DNA of 64,000 nt from an uncultured Gemmatimonadales bacterium (lineage in GTDB: Bacteria; Gemmatimonadota; Gemmatimonadetes; Longimicrobiales; RSA9): assembly GCA_963798085.1 (NCBI GenBank), contig CAWCRS010000007.1, positions 1,792,001 to 1,856,000 on the forward strand, in the 5' to 3' direction. Made by a program: the position numbers and the translations under genes. Below are positions 40,808-54,700 of this stretch, one piece after another (position 1 is the first letter of the stretch; each line of letters begins with the position of its first letter). Below the pieces are notes generated by a model. The model was not told where the DNA came from. It saw only the letters and a program-made list of their open reading frames with translations, and searched no databases.

Positions 40808-42097
40808 ATGAGGAGGTTCGTGCCGTCGCGCGAAGCTATCCGGGCCTGCAGGCGCTGGCAATGCGTCGCGTTCGTGCTGGCGCTCGCGGGCTGTCGCATC
40901 GAGAAGAATCCGCCGCGCGTCGAGCCGGCGCGCAACACCGCCGATGCACCGGTCGTGCTGCCCGGCGTGGACGTGCTGCTGCGCGACAGCCTCGCCCTGC
41001 TGCGCGGCCGGCGCGTGGGCCTGATCACCAACCAGACCGGGATCACGATCAGTGGCATCAGCACGATTGATGCCCTGGCGCACGCACGCGGTGTGATGCT
41101 GACAGCGCTGTTCAGTCCCGAACACGGCATTCGCGGACAGGCAGCCCCCGGTGAACGTGTGGCGGAAAGTGTCGATCCGGCCACCGGCCTTCCCATTCGT
41201 TCCCTCTATGGTGCAACCAGCAAACCGTCACCCGCCATGCTGCGCGACATCGACGTGCTCGTCTTCGACATTCAGGATGTGGGCGCGCGCTACTACACGT
41301 ATGCCTGGACCATGGCGCTGGCGTTGCAGGCGGCGGCGGAACAGCACAAACGCTTCGTCGTGCTCGACCGGCCCGACCCCATTGGTGGCGCCGTCATCAA
41401 TGGCAATGTGCTGGACAGCGCATTCGCATCCTTTGTCGGGTTGTACCCCGTGCCCATGCGCTATGGCATGACCGTGGGCGAGCTCGCCCGCATGATCAGC
41501 GCGACACTTCCCTCGCCTGCCGACCTGCACGTGATACCGCTGCAGGGCTGGCGCCGCGATCAGTGGTTCGACCAGACCGGCCTGCTGTGGGTACAGCCAT
41601 CGCCTAACATGCCGAGCATCGAGAGCGCGGCATCCTATCCCGGCACCTGCCTGTTCGAGGGTACGAATCTCTCCGTGGGCCGCGGCACCGCGCTCGCCTT
41701 CCAGCAGCTGGGGGCGCCGTGGCTCGATGCAGCAGCGCTCGTGCGACGACTTGCTTCCCGTCACCTGCCGGGTGTCCGGTTCGATTCCGTCACGTTCACG
41801 CCGCACGCGCCGTCCGATGGCAAGTACGATGGTGTTGCCGTACGCGGCATCCGCTTCGTCGTGACGGACCGCGGCTCCTACGATCCGGCGCACAGCGCGC
41901 TCGCGGTTCTGCTCGATGTGCGTACACTCCAGCCCGACTCTGTTGCGTTCAACAATGCGTTCGATCACCTGGCCGGGACGGACCGGCTGCGCGTTGCGAT
42001 CCTCGCGAACCAGCCTCTCGACGCAATTACGCGCGACTGGAACGCGCAACTGGCGCGTTTTCGCGCGCGCCGCGAACGCTTCCTCATTTATCGGTGA
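40808..42097 (+). CDS. namZ: Exo-beta-N-acetylmuramidase (DUF1343)
   Basis: VGLITNQTG, LFSPEHG, FDIQDVGARYYTY, LDRPDP, PSPNMP, EGTNLSVGRGT; lipobox LAGC. Confidence 0.92.
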   Translation: MRRFVPSREAIRACRRWQCVAFVLALAGCRIEKNPPRVEPARNTADAPVVLPGVDVLLRDSLALLRGRRVGLITNQTGITISGISTIDALAHARGVMLTALFSPEHGIRGQAAPGERVAESVDPATGLPIRSLYGATSKPSPAMLRDIDVLVFDIQDVGARYYTYAWTMALALQAAAEQHKRFVVLDRPDPIGGAVINGNVLDSAFASFVGLYPVPMRYGMTVGELARMISATLPSPADLHVIPLQGWRRDQWFDQTGLLWVQPSPNMPSIESAASYPGTCLFEGTNLSVGRGTALAFQQLGAPWLDAAALVRRLASRHLPGVRFDSVTFTPHAPSDGKYDGVAVRGIRFVVTDRGSYDPAHSALAVLLDVRTLQPDSVAFNNAFDHLAGTDRLRVAILANQPLDAITRDWNAQLARFRARRERFLIYR

Positions 42098-42099
42098 TC

Positions 42100-43069
42100 A
42101 TGCACGCACGACGCCGCACCCGCCTGCGATCCATGTCGCCATGCCCGTGTGCCGCAATCCTGATCGCGGGTGTGCTGCTCGCGGCATGTGGTCCGGCCGC
42201 ACCGCGCACGCGCGCACAGGCAGCGAACGACGATGCCCTGGCGAATCTGCGCGCCCGCCTGGAAGCACGCATCGCGCAAACGCCCGGCGGCGAGGTGGCA
42301 GTGGCGGTGGTGGACCTGGCGACCGGCCACCGCATCGATATTGCCGGCGACAGCGTGATGCACGCCGCCAGCACCATGAAGGTGCCGGTGCTGTACGAGC
42401 TGTTCCATCAGGTCGAAGCGGGCCGTCTCTCGCTGGACGATTCCCTGCCCGTGCAGAACCGCTTCCGCAGCCTGGTCGGCGACACGATCTATACGTTGTC
42501 CGTCGATGACGACAGCGACAGCACGTTGTACAGGCGTGTCGGCACGCGCGCCAGCATACGCGAGCTGGCCCGTCTCATGATCGTGCGCTCCTCGAATTTC
42601 GCGACCAACCTGCTCATCGACCGTGTCGGCGCTGCCAGTGTGCGCGCCACCATGGACAGTCTGGGCGCCGGCAGCATGCGCGTACTGCGCGGCGTGGAGG
42701 ATGGCCCCGCGTTCCGCAAAGGCATGAACAACACCACCACCGCGAATGCGTTCGCCACTCTGCTCGAAGCCATTGCGCGCTGCCGCGGCCTGCAGCGCAC
42801 CTCCTGCGATGCCATGATCGACATTCTGTCCGCACAGGAGTTCAACGAGAATGATTCCCGCCGGCATTCCACCCGGCACCCGCATCGCCCACAAGACCGG
42901 CTGGATCACCGCCGCCCGCCATGACGGCGCCATCGTGTTCCCGGCCAACCGCGCGCCCTACGTGCTGGTCATCCTGACGCGCGGCTGGCAGGACACCGCC
43001 GTCCCCATCGGCCTCGCCGCCGACCTGTCCCGCCTCGCCTGGGGCGCCCTGGGGGGCGGAGGTTCGTGA
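42100..43069 (+). CDS. Serine hydrolase, class A beta-lactamase-like/PBP fold lipoprotein, frameshifted near 42850
   Basis: Lipobox LAAC; AASTMK (SxxK), SSN (SxN), HKTG in the downstream frame. Confidence 0.85.
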
Positions 43070-43105
43070 GGGGTTGGATACGAGGATACTGTGGGCGGAG
43101 CGGGA

Positions 43106-43154
43106 ACAACAGACGACGGATGACACGCAACGGATAACAGACAACGGATAACAG
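43106..43154 (+). repeat. Heptanucleotide tandem repeat, 7 degenerate units (consensus AYAACRG)
   Basis: acaacag acgacgg atgacac gcaacgg ataacag acaacgg ataacag. Confidence 0.8.
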
Positions 43155-43161
43155 ATTGTTC

Positions 43162-43492
43162 TCACACAGTGGCCACAGGGGCCACTGAGGACGGCGTAAG
43201 GGAACGTTAGAGAGACTCAGGAAGGTGCAACGGATGGAATTTCTGAACAGCCAGGAGGTCACACGATCATCGCACGGATGGCGAGGCAAGAGGGGTGTCC
43301 GAAAGGGCGGAGCGGAGCTGTGACGGCCGATGCCGGGGCGGGTAGCAACGTTGGACGCCTGCACTGCTACCGGGCGCAGGCAGGGCCTGATCCTCAGTTC
43401 TGAGAAACCCTCGCTCCCGATCCACACCGCAGTTCCGCCCGGGAAAGAATCCGTCCACCGCGTCCCCCGCACCTCCGTCACCCTCTGTGTGA
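43162..43492. repeat. Intergenic element bounded by imperfect inverted repeats
   Basis: TCACACAG at 43162-43169 and CTGTGTGA at 43485-43492, each followed inward by degenerate ~9-nt units ending GACGG/CCGTC. Confidence 0.55.
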
Positions 43493-43558
43493 TGATGGTA
43501 CCGTCCAATCCATTCCTCCGCGCCCTCTCCCCACACCTCAGCGACCCTCGCGAAGCCC

Positions 43559-44706
43559 TCACTTTTCGAGGAGCGATGGCACACTGTCTTCCTCCGCGGA
43601 AGGGTGCACGAGGACGCCGCCCTCGCCGGGCAGCCGCACCTCGACGGGCCGGTCGCGCACGGCGCGGCGGTGGGCTCTTCCTTCGAGGATGTGGTAGACG
43701 TAGACGCGTCGCACGATGACGATCGTCGTCGCCAGCACGGGCACGGCCACGAGCAGACCCACGACGTGCAGCAGGTGCGCCATGATGAGCACGCTCAGGA
43801 TGGAGAGCACGGGCGGCAGGTTGATCTGGCGCTCCATGATCATGGGTGCGACGAAGTTCGCTTCGATCAGGTGCACCACCACGCCTAACAGCACCACCAG
43901 CAGTGCATGAGCCAGACCGCCATTGGCGACAAGGAAGAGTGCGGGCAGCAGTGTCGACACGAGGGTGCCGAAGAACGGCACGATGGCGGCGAGTCCGGTG
44001 AATGCGCCAAAGGCCAGGGCGTAGGGCACGCGCAGCAGTTCGAGTCCCACCCAGGTGAGCAGTCCGAGTACCAGCATGGCAAGGATCTGACCCACGACCC
44101 ATGCGCGCAGTGTCGCGCCCAGCTCCACCAGGATGTCGCGCGCCAGTTCGCGATGCGGCACCGGGATCAGCACAATGAAACCTTCGCGGTACATGCCGGG
44201 CCGCATGGTGAGGTAATGCCCATGACGAACACGCTGACCAGCTCGATCGCGACCTGCACGCCACCGAACACGACCGGCACCGCGGAGCGGAACCAGCCAC
44301 CGATCTGACCCACGACCTGGCTCAGGATGCTGGATCCCGGTTCCGGCGGCATGATGAGCCGGCCGATCGCGGTGTGCTGCGCCCACCTGACCAGTTCATT
44401 GTTCAGCTTCTGCGCCATCCCGGGCAGCGACGCCAGCAGCTGCTGTGTCTGGTCGACCAGCGGTGGCACCACGAGCTGCCCGATGCCGGCTACGGCCATG
44501 CCTGTGACGAGCAGTGCCGCGGCCAGCCCCGCACCGCGCGGCATGCCGACCTTGCGCTGCAGCAGGTCCGTCAGTGAGCTGAGGTAGATGGCGATGAGGA
44601 TGGCAATGAACAGCAGCAGCACGATCTCTGCGATGCTGTGCAGGAACAGCAGCAGCAGGATGCTGAACAGAGTCGCGCTCAGGATGGCGTAGGCGCGGGT
44701 GCCCAT
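43559..44706 (-). CDS. AI-2E family transporter, frameshifted near 44215
   Basis: N-part 44167..44706 (LFIAILIAIYL, LVVPPLVDQ) joins C-part with VPFFG, IEANFVAPMIM, LLVAVPV. Confidence 0.88.
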
Positions 44707-44774
44707 GTTCCGTCCTCAAAGCAAGCCGCGCCGGCCTCGGATGAAGCCGGCGCGGTTGTCATACCCCGTTAGCC

Positions 44775-44800
44775 AAAAAAGCGGCGGGCTCGAAGCCCGC
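44775..44800 (-). terminator. Rho-independent terminator after pspA
   Basis: On the - strand GCGGGCT-tcg-AGCCCGC then cgc and TTTTTT, just after the pspA stop. Confidence 0.8.
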
Positions 44801-44805
44801 TCGGC

Positions 44806-45621
44806 TCAGGCTTCTTCTTCGACCTCGGCATCGCGGACCAGGCCGTTTTCGCCGTCCACTGCCGGTTTGAGCACGGGCGCCGGTGCAGGCGTTTCCGCCT
44901 TCGCATTGCCGCCTGTCAGTGCGGCGCGTTCCTGACCGCCCGCCGAGAGCAGGCCCATGCGCTCCTTGAGCTGCAGCAGCCGGAAATCGACGCTCTCGCC
45001 GGCCGGCTTGAGCCGCTGGAACTGCTGCTCGAGCGTGTCGCCCTGCAGCACTTCCGTCACTTCCACGGCCGCCAGTGCGCGGCGCTCGGTCTCCTCGATC
45101 TTCTCTGCCATGCGCTCGAACGTGTCGAACGCAGAGCGATCGCTGAGTCCCGCCATGGTCTCGTGGATGCGCTTCGATGCCTGGGCCCGCTTCTGCTTTG
45201 CGACGAGCAGGTTCTTCTTGCGCTTCGCCTCTTCGATCTTTTCGTTGAGCTGGCGCAGCGCGTCCTTCAGGCGATCCGTCTCTTCGTGCTGCTTGGTCCA
45301 GGTGTCCTCGAGCGCGTGCGACCGCTCCGTGTGCTCCTGCTGCCGGACCAGCGCCTGCTTCGCCAGGTCATCGCGTCCTTCGCGAATCGCCAGCATCGCG
45401 CGGTGTTCCCAGTCACCCGCCAGCTTCTGCTCTTCTTCCAGCTGCGCGCGCAGTTTGCGTTCATCGGCTATCGCGATGGCGACTTCCTGTTTCGCCTTCG
45501 CCAGCTGCTCGCGCATGTCGAGCAGCACCTGGTTCAGCATTTTCTCGGGGTTCTCCGCCTTCGCGATCGCATCATTGATGTTGGAGCGAAGCAGAGTCGA
45601 CAACTTCTGGAAGATTCCCAT
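44806..45621 (-). CDS. pspA: PspA/IM30 family protein
   Basis: MGIFQKL..NIN..KAENPEKML, GRDDLAKQAL, FERMAEKI; coiled-coil. Confidence 0.95.
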   Translation of the reverse strand: MGIFQKLSTLLRSNINDAIAKAENPEKMLNQVLLDMREQLAKAKQEVAIAIADERKLRAQLEEEQKLAGDWEHRAMLAIREGRDDLAKQALVRQQEHTERSHALEDTWTKQHEETDRLKDALRQLNEKIEEAKRKKNLLVAKQKRAQASKRIHETMAGLSDRSAFDTFERMAEKIEETERRALAAVEVTEVLQGDTLEQQFQRLKPAGESVDFRLLQLKERMGLLSAGGQERAALTGGNAKAETPAPAPVLKPAVDGENGLVRDAEVEEEA

Positions 45622-45628
45622 TGGTCCC

Positions 45629-46033
45629 CTACCCCTGTTGCGATACCGGAACGAGCTCGTGCAGCTGCGGCAGGTGCGTCGATGCCGCCAGCACCAGGCT
45701 TTCGTACGAGCTGCGCAGCTCGCTGAAATCCATGGTCTCCAGCTCGAGTGCGTCCGAGATGACCACGTCGTTTTCCTCGATGCCGTAGCTGCCGTGCAGC
45801 ATGTCGCCCGCGTTCAGCTCGAGCAGGCGGCGGTACAGGTGGGTCAGCTTGCCTTCGCCGTTGTCGGGCGGCAGATCCATCACCTTCAGACGCAGCAGCA
45901 GCAACGGCGGTGAGTAGCTGGCGACGACCTGCGTCTCCTCGCCGGCCCGGATCACCCAGAGGTTGTCGTCCACCTCTTCGAAATCCAGTCCCATGCGGAG
46001 AAAATAGCTCTCCACCTCTTCTCGGTTCATCAT
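45629..46033 (-). CDS. YbjN/CesT-like chaperone-fold protein
   Basis: Small acidic protein with LYRRLLELN..HGSYG pattern, directly upstream of pspA. Confidence 0.7.
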   Translation of the reverse strand: MMNREEVESYFLRMGLDFEEVDDNLWVIRAGEETQVVASYSPPLLLLRLKVMDLPPDNGEGKLTHLYRRLLELNAGDMLHGSYGIEENDVVISDALELETMDFSELRSSYESLVLAASTHLPQLHELVPVSQQG

Positions 46034-46104
46034 TTCCCGCTCCAGTCCGTGGATCTGTCGATACGACGCTACTCTACGCGCTCGAAGCTCAGCTGTTTCA
46101 CGGC

Positions 46105-48952
<2,848 letters not shown>

Positions 48953-49041
48953 GGTGGTGGCTCGCAGCCGATGGCTCGTTCAGCCTGTTTGCGCTTGGCA
49001 GCGTGTCAACGGCGTTGCGTGTTGCAGCGCAGTTCCAACCC

Positions 49042-49608
49042 CTACTTGGCTCGCTCCAGGTACTTCCCCTCCCGGGGATCCACGCGCACCATTTCGCCGG
49101 TGCTGATGAAGGGCGGCACCTGGACGATGGCGCCGTTCGACAGCTTGGCGGGCTTCGTCATGGCCGTCTTGGTGGCGCCGGTCAGCACGGGCTCGGTTTC
49201 GACGACTTCCAGCTCGAGCGATGCGGGCAGCTCGACGCCGATCGCCTGACCTTCGTAGAACTCCGCCAGGATGATCATGTTCGGAACGAGCCACTGTGCC
49301 GTGTCGCCGAGCGTGGCGTCGTCCAGCGCCAGCATCTCGTAGCTCTGGTTGTTCATGAAGTGATGATGCGTGCCGTCGCTGTACAGGTATTGCAGCTCGT
49401 GCGTCTCCATCTCCGCCTTTTCCACCGTATCCGCTGCGCGGAAGCGATGCTCGAACTGCGAGCCGCTCCGCAGATTGCGCATCTTGGCCTGCACGAATGC
49501 GCGCAGGTTGCCCGGTGTGTGGTGATGGAACTCGACGACGCGACAGGGCGCGCCGTTGAACACGATCACATTGCCTTTGCGAATCTGGGTGGCGGGCATG
49601 GAAGCCAT
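49042..49608 (-). CDS. efp: Elongation factor P
   Basis: KOW loop [45 protein letters not shown]. Confidence 0.95.
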   Translation of the reverse strand: MASMPATQIRKGNVIVFNGAPCRVVEFHHHTPGNLRAFVQAKMRNLRSGSQFEHRFRAADTVEKAEMETHELQYLYSDGTHHHFMNNQSYEMLALDDATLGDTAQWLVPNMIILAEFYEGQAIGVELPASLELEVVETEPVLTGATKTAMTKPAKLSNGAIVQVPPFISTGEMVRVDPREGKYLERAK

Positions 49609-49692
49609 CGTACCCGTCTCCTTGATGTCGTTGCTGGGGAATTGCTTCGGCCACGTCTCCGCGGGTCGGAAAAAGGCCAGACCTGCTAATCT

Positions 49693-50689
49693 CTACGAGC
49701 CTGCCGGGTGAATCAACCCCGCCCCCTTGGGCAGAAGCGCGCGCACGCTCCCGGCGGGAATCAGTACCTGCAATGCGGCGGGCACGGCGAGCGCGGTCAC
49801 GGGCGTGGTGCCTGCCGGATCGCCATCGATCTGCACCGCCATGGGCGGGTCCGCTTCGATGGTGATTTCTCTCGCCTGCAGATGGATCAGCCGGTCCGTG
49901 CCGCCGAATTGCCGGTGTGTCGCCTGCCACACGAGAAGGGCGAAATCCGGCATGTTCCTGGGCGCCAGCACGACGATCTCGAGCAGGCCGTCCTGCCAGG
50001 AATTCGTGGGCCTTGGTGTGAGCGGAATGCGGAACGGGATCCAGCCTGAGAACAGTTCGCCCACGTTGGCCACCATGACCGAGACGGCATCGACTTCCAG
50101 GTCCCGGCCATCGACGCAGAACCGGAAATGCCGGTCGGCGTCGCCGCCAGCGCTTCCTTCACCGCGGCGTAGATGTACGCGCCGAATCCCCAGCGTTCCT
50201 TCAGCTCGCGCGTCGCGCTGGCCATCATCGCCGCATCGAAGCCGGCGCCGGCGAGCAGCGCGAACGTGCGGCCGTTCACATTGCCCAGATCGAGCGCGGT
50301 AGGCGACCCGTTGACCGCCACCTCCACGGCTTCCTCGACATCCGTCGGTATGCGCAGGTTATGCGCGACCTGGTTCGCGGTGCCGCGCGGTATGATGGCG
50401 AGCGGCGTGGCAGTGCCGGACAGCCCGGCGGCTGCTTCGGCCAGTGTGCCGTCGCCGCCGACTACGCAGGCGGCTCGATAGCCCAGCCGCGCGGCCTCGC
50501 GGGCGAGCACCTGCGGCATGACCGGGTGCCGCCGGTCGCGTGGCCAGGTCGAAGGACGCGCCACGCGCGGCAAACGCGCCGCCAATCAGGCGGCGCAGGC
50601 TGAGCCGGGTCGTCCTGGCCGGCGGCCGGGTTCAGGATGACGAGCGTGCGGCCGGCATACGGACCGGCCGCACGCAGCGGGGCAGGCAT
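49693..50689 (-). CDS. Diacylglycerol/lipid kinase family protein (YegS-like), several frameshifts
   Basis: ILNPAAG, GGDGT, IPRGTAN, GAGFDA, QIDGD spread over three or more frames. Confidence 0.85.
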
Positions 50690-50710
50690 CCCGCGAGGGC
50701 TCCGAGCGGT

Positions 50711-51581
50711 TCAGCGACGCGAAGCCCGGCTCCTGTGCCAGGGGCGCGCAGCCGGGCCACGCGCTCCTCCGTCGACGGGTGGGTGCTGAAGAGACGCAGC
50801 AGACCCTGACCCCGTGCGCCCGCAAGCGGGTTCACGATGGCCAGCTGTGCCGCGGCCGGATTGACCGCCATGGGAATCCGGTGGGCATAACGCCTCCAGC
50901 TTCGCAGCGCGCCGGCCAGTGCCAGCGGACGCCCGGAGATCTCGGCGCCCGTGCGATCCGCCTGGAACTCGTTCTGCCGGCTGATCGCCATCTGCATGAT
51001 CATGGCCGCCCGATCGGCGCGACGATCGCACGCGCGAGCAGTCCGCAATGTTCTCGTCGCGGTCGCGCCCGCCGAAGCCGCCGAAGATCGCACCCCACCG
51101 GATCACGCTGCCGATCATGGCCACTGCGCCCGCCATGGTCGCAGCGAGTGTGCCCACCAGCATGTGGCGGTGCTTGACGTGGCCCAGCTCATGCGCCAGC
51201 ACGCCCTCCAGCTCCTCGCGGCTCACCAGCGTGAGGATGCCGGCCGTGCAGCAGACCACGGCGTGCTGCGGCGCTGCGGCCCGTCGCGAACGCGTTAGGC
51301 TGCTCGGACGCGGCAATCGCGACCCGCGGCATGGGCAGGCCTGCCCGCTGGCGCAGGCGGTCCACCATGTCGTACAGCTCGGGCGCGGCCGCGCGCTCGA
51401 TGAATTGTGCCCGGTACATGCGCAGCACCAGCCGGTCGCTGAACCAGTACATCCCGAAGTTCATGACCGCGGCCAGAATCAGAAACAGCAACGCACCCTG
51501 CGAGCCGCCCACGAGCTGTCCGAGCAGTACCAGCAGGATGGTCAAACCTGCCATGAGCAGGAATACGCGTATCGTCTGCAT
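50711..51581 (-). CDS. htpX: Zinc metalloprotease HtpX, several frameshifts
   Basis: [54 protein letters not shown] across frames. Confidence 0.92.
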
Positions 51582-51712
51582 GGTTGTGATTGTCCTGTTG
51601 AAATCGGTAACCGCAATACACTTGAGACAACCGCCGCGATCCGCTCAACGCTCGTGCAGCGAGTTCTGCCGAATGGGCTCGGCCGCGTATCTGTCCTGTC
51701 CATCTGCAGCGC

Positions 51713-54700
51713 TCAGTAGCCCCACTCGCGGAAGATGGAGAGGCCGAGCACGCGCGTGGTGATCGCCTGGCTCAGGCTGAAGGAAGGCGTGCGCGCGAAA
51801 CGGTCTTCCCAGAATCCTTCCAGACCGTAGGTCGGACGGAAGCGCCACTCGATGTTCACGCCGGGCCTGTTGCCCTGCGAGTTGAGGCGCTGCGTCCATG
51901 TCACGAACACGTGGTGCGGGAAGTATCGGCCAACCTCGATCTTGGTGGTGGACAGGAGCGAGCCGAGGCCCGAGTCGCCTCGCCCGTTGGGCGCTGCTTC
52001 TGCCGCCGTGAGACCCACGTAGTCGACCAGGCCGAAACTCTGACCCAGCGTTTGCAGGCCGCTGGCGACATAGCCCAGCCCCTGATTGGCAAGCAACTGC
52101 TGGCCCAGGTTGCCAATGACGCTGCCGTTGCCCGACGAGAAGTTGAACGCGTACGTGGGCGCGCCGAAGAAGAGGTAGCTGGCCAGGTCCGATTCGCCGA
52201 TGGGTGGCTGCGCGTCGCTGCTGAGTCGCACCCGTGGCGACTGGAGCGTGCCCGTGACATCGGCGTAGATGTCGAGGGGTTCTCCGCCGGTCCTCGCCGT
52301 GTACGCAGCCGTGATGTTGAGGTTGGGATCCATGCCCGGCGTGCCCGGGAATTCCACCGTGCCTTCACGCACTTCGAAGACGCGCGTGAACGGCGGGTAC
52401 TGCAGTCGATAGGTACCGCGCACGACGCGCAGTGAGCCGTTCATGCGCAGGTCATCGTCGGCGCGATCGCCGCCAGTGCGATCGAACACGACCGTGAAAT
52501 CTCCTGTTACCTCCACATTCATGACACTGGAGCGCAGCCAGGATCCAGGCCCCACCGTGACGCGCGCCGTGTTGCCATCCGTGCCGATGCGCACGTTCTT
52601 GAGGAATGGACTCTCGCTCTGCGGCATGATGCGACGCACCGATACCAGCGACGTGTCCACGACATCGAAGAACAGCGGGTCTTCCAGCTGCACGATGAGA
52701 TACTGGCGGTACAGCTCGTCGAGGTTGAGCGTGCCGCCGTCCACGCGAATGTCGCCGGCCAGAAGCGGCTGCGAGTAGCGGCCGCCAATGGTCACGCGAC
52801 CGGACGCCGTGACATCCATGTCGCGTCGTCGCGCCGCCAGGATGCGATCCGCCTGCACTGCCAGATCAAAGCCGGGATCCGTGGGGTGTGTGAGGTCGAG
52901 CGTGCCTGTCAGGCGCGCGGTGCCGCTGCGATTCGCGCTGCGCGGATCCACCGTGCGCGCCGTGAAGTCGACGGATGCTTCCAGCTGCTTGTTCATCAGG
53001 AACGTGCCCTCGCCCGACACGTAGCGCACGCCGGTCGCATCCCATGTGGCTGCGCCGTTCAGCAGGACGAGTGCGCCCGAGAGCTGCGCGTGCTGCATCG
53101 TGCCGCTGCCGTCGACCGTCCCCACGAACACGCCTCGCACATCACTGAAGCCGCGCGAGATGCTCAGCATGAACGCGGCGGGAAAGCTGTCCATGCGCAC
53201 CTTGAAGTCCAGCGGCTTGTCCGGCAGACGATCGGTTGTCGCGCCGAGCCGCAGGTCGGCGGGGATGGCGCCCTGCCCGTCGAGCACCCGCCGTCCGGCA
53301 ACAAATGCGGAGGCGCGCGCGTTCACCAGCTGGTTGCTGTAACCGAGCGCCAGCTGCACGCGCTGCAGCTGCGCGCCCTGGTACGCGATGTCGGCCAGAT
53401 CGAAGCGCGCATCGAACGTGGGTGCTGTCGCAGTGCCCGCAACGCGAATCGTGCCCCCGATCATGCCGGTAATGTCACCGCGCGGGCGGAGCATCTGCGG
53501 GATCAGTCCGAACGGCACCTGCTGCAGCTCGGCAGTAAAGTCGAGTTCGGGATCCGTGGATTCGTTCGCCCAGGCGAGTGTTCCTCTTGCCGCGACCGAG
53601 CCGCCGAGCGTGGGGATCAGACGCAGCTCCGCGACGTGCGCCGCGCGGCCCTCGATGCGGATGTTGGCGGCCGAGGAAAGCCGCCACTCGCCCGGGCCCG
53701 AGCGGAATCGCAATTGTGCGACGCGGACGGACGTGACGCCCGCGCTGTCCGCAAAGGAGCCATCGATGTGCACGAGTGACGTGTCACGCCGCCAGGCATC
53801 CGCGCTCAGCCGCCCGCTGCCGGCTGAGCGCGAGAGCGCGGCACGCACCGAATCCGTCAGCTCGCCGAATGCGCGCACCGAGTCCGCCGACACCGCCAGC
53901 GTATAGGCAAGGCTGTCCGTGCGCACGCCGCGCGCACTGCCGGTGACCACGGCGCTGGTGGCGCTGCGACCGTCGTAGAACGGATGATCCAGCCGGGCAT
54001 CCACCGTGGCATCGAACGCGGCGAGCGAACCGTACAGACCAATGCGGGCCGAGCCGGACCCGTTGATGCGGGGCGTGGTCGGATCCTTCACCGTGTTGAA
54101 AAGCACACGCTCGAGCGGTTCGAACGACTGGCCGTTCAGCGCGATCCTGAGCGAGTCATTGCGTTCCGCGACGAGACCGAACCCGCCGGTAGCGGTCGCG
54201 CGCAGGCCCGGGCTGCGAATCACCGCGCTGTCCACGTGCGCGCTGCCGGCGCGCAGGTGCAGTTCGGCGAAGGAGTACTCGAGGCGCAGATCGTGGATGG
54301 TCGCGGAATCCAGCTCGACGCGTACAGGCCCGCTGTAGCTGGCCAGGTCCTCGCCCGTGAGATCGAGGGTGGCCTGTCCGCTGAGCAGCGCGGGCGTGTC
54401 GAGCAGGCCAATGCGCGAGGGGTCGAAGCGAGTCGAATGACCGCGCGCCACGATGTGCGGCGTCGCGCCGTGCCGGTCGATCAACGTGCTGAACGAGAGC
54501 GGGCCGCCCTGTGTCGTCACATCGCCATCCAGCTGCAGGCTGTCGGCCCTGCCGGTCAGCGCCAGACGGCCGCGTACTTCACCGCGCAGGCTGTCCAGCC
54601 GCGGCACCATGCGGCCCAGCGATTCCAGCCGCAGCGGCGAGGCGTCGACGCGCAGGTTCATGCTGATGACATCATTGTCAGCCGCTGCATCGCCGGTCAC

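Noticed and set aside
36737..41125. Apparent 1462-aa GH3/beta-lactamase/NagB triple fusion in the ORF track
   Set aside because: One extra base near 37757 creates the read-through. Removing it gives a normal stop with an ATGA overlap onto nagB.
42100..43069. Antibiotic-resistance class A beta-lactamase
   Set aside because: It has SxxK/SxN/KTG but no recognisable ExxLN omega-loop motif, and the context points to peptidoglycan recycling.
43070..43558. CRISPR array
   Set aside because: Repeat units are 7-9 nt and degenerate, with no repeat-spacer periodicity and no cas genes.
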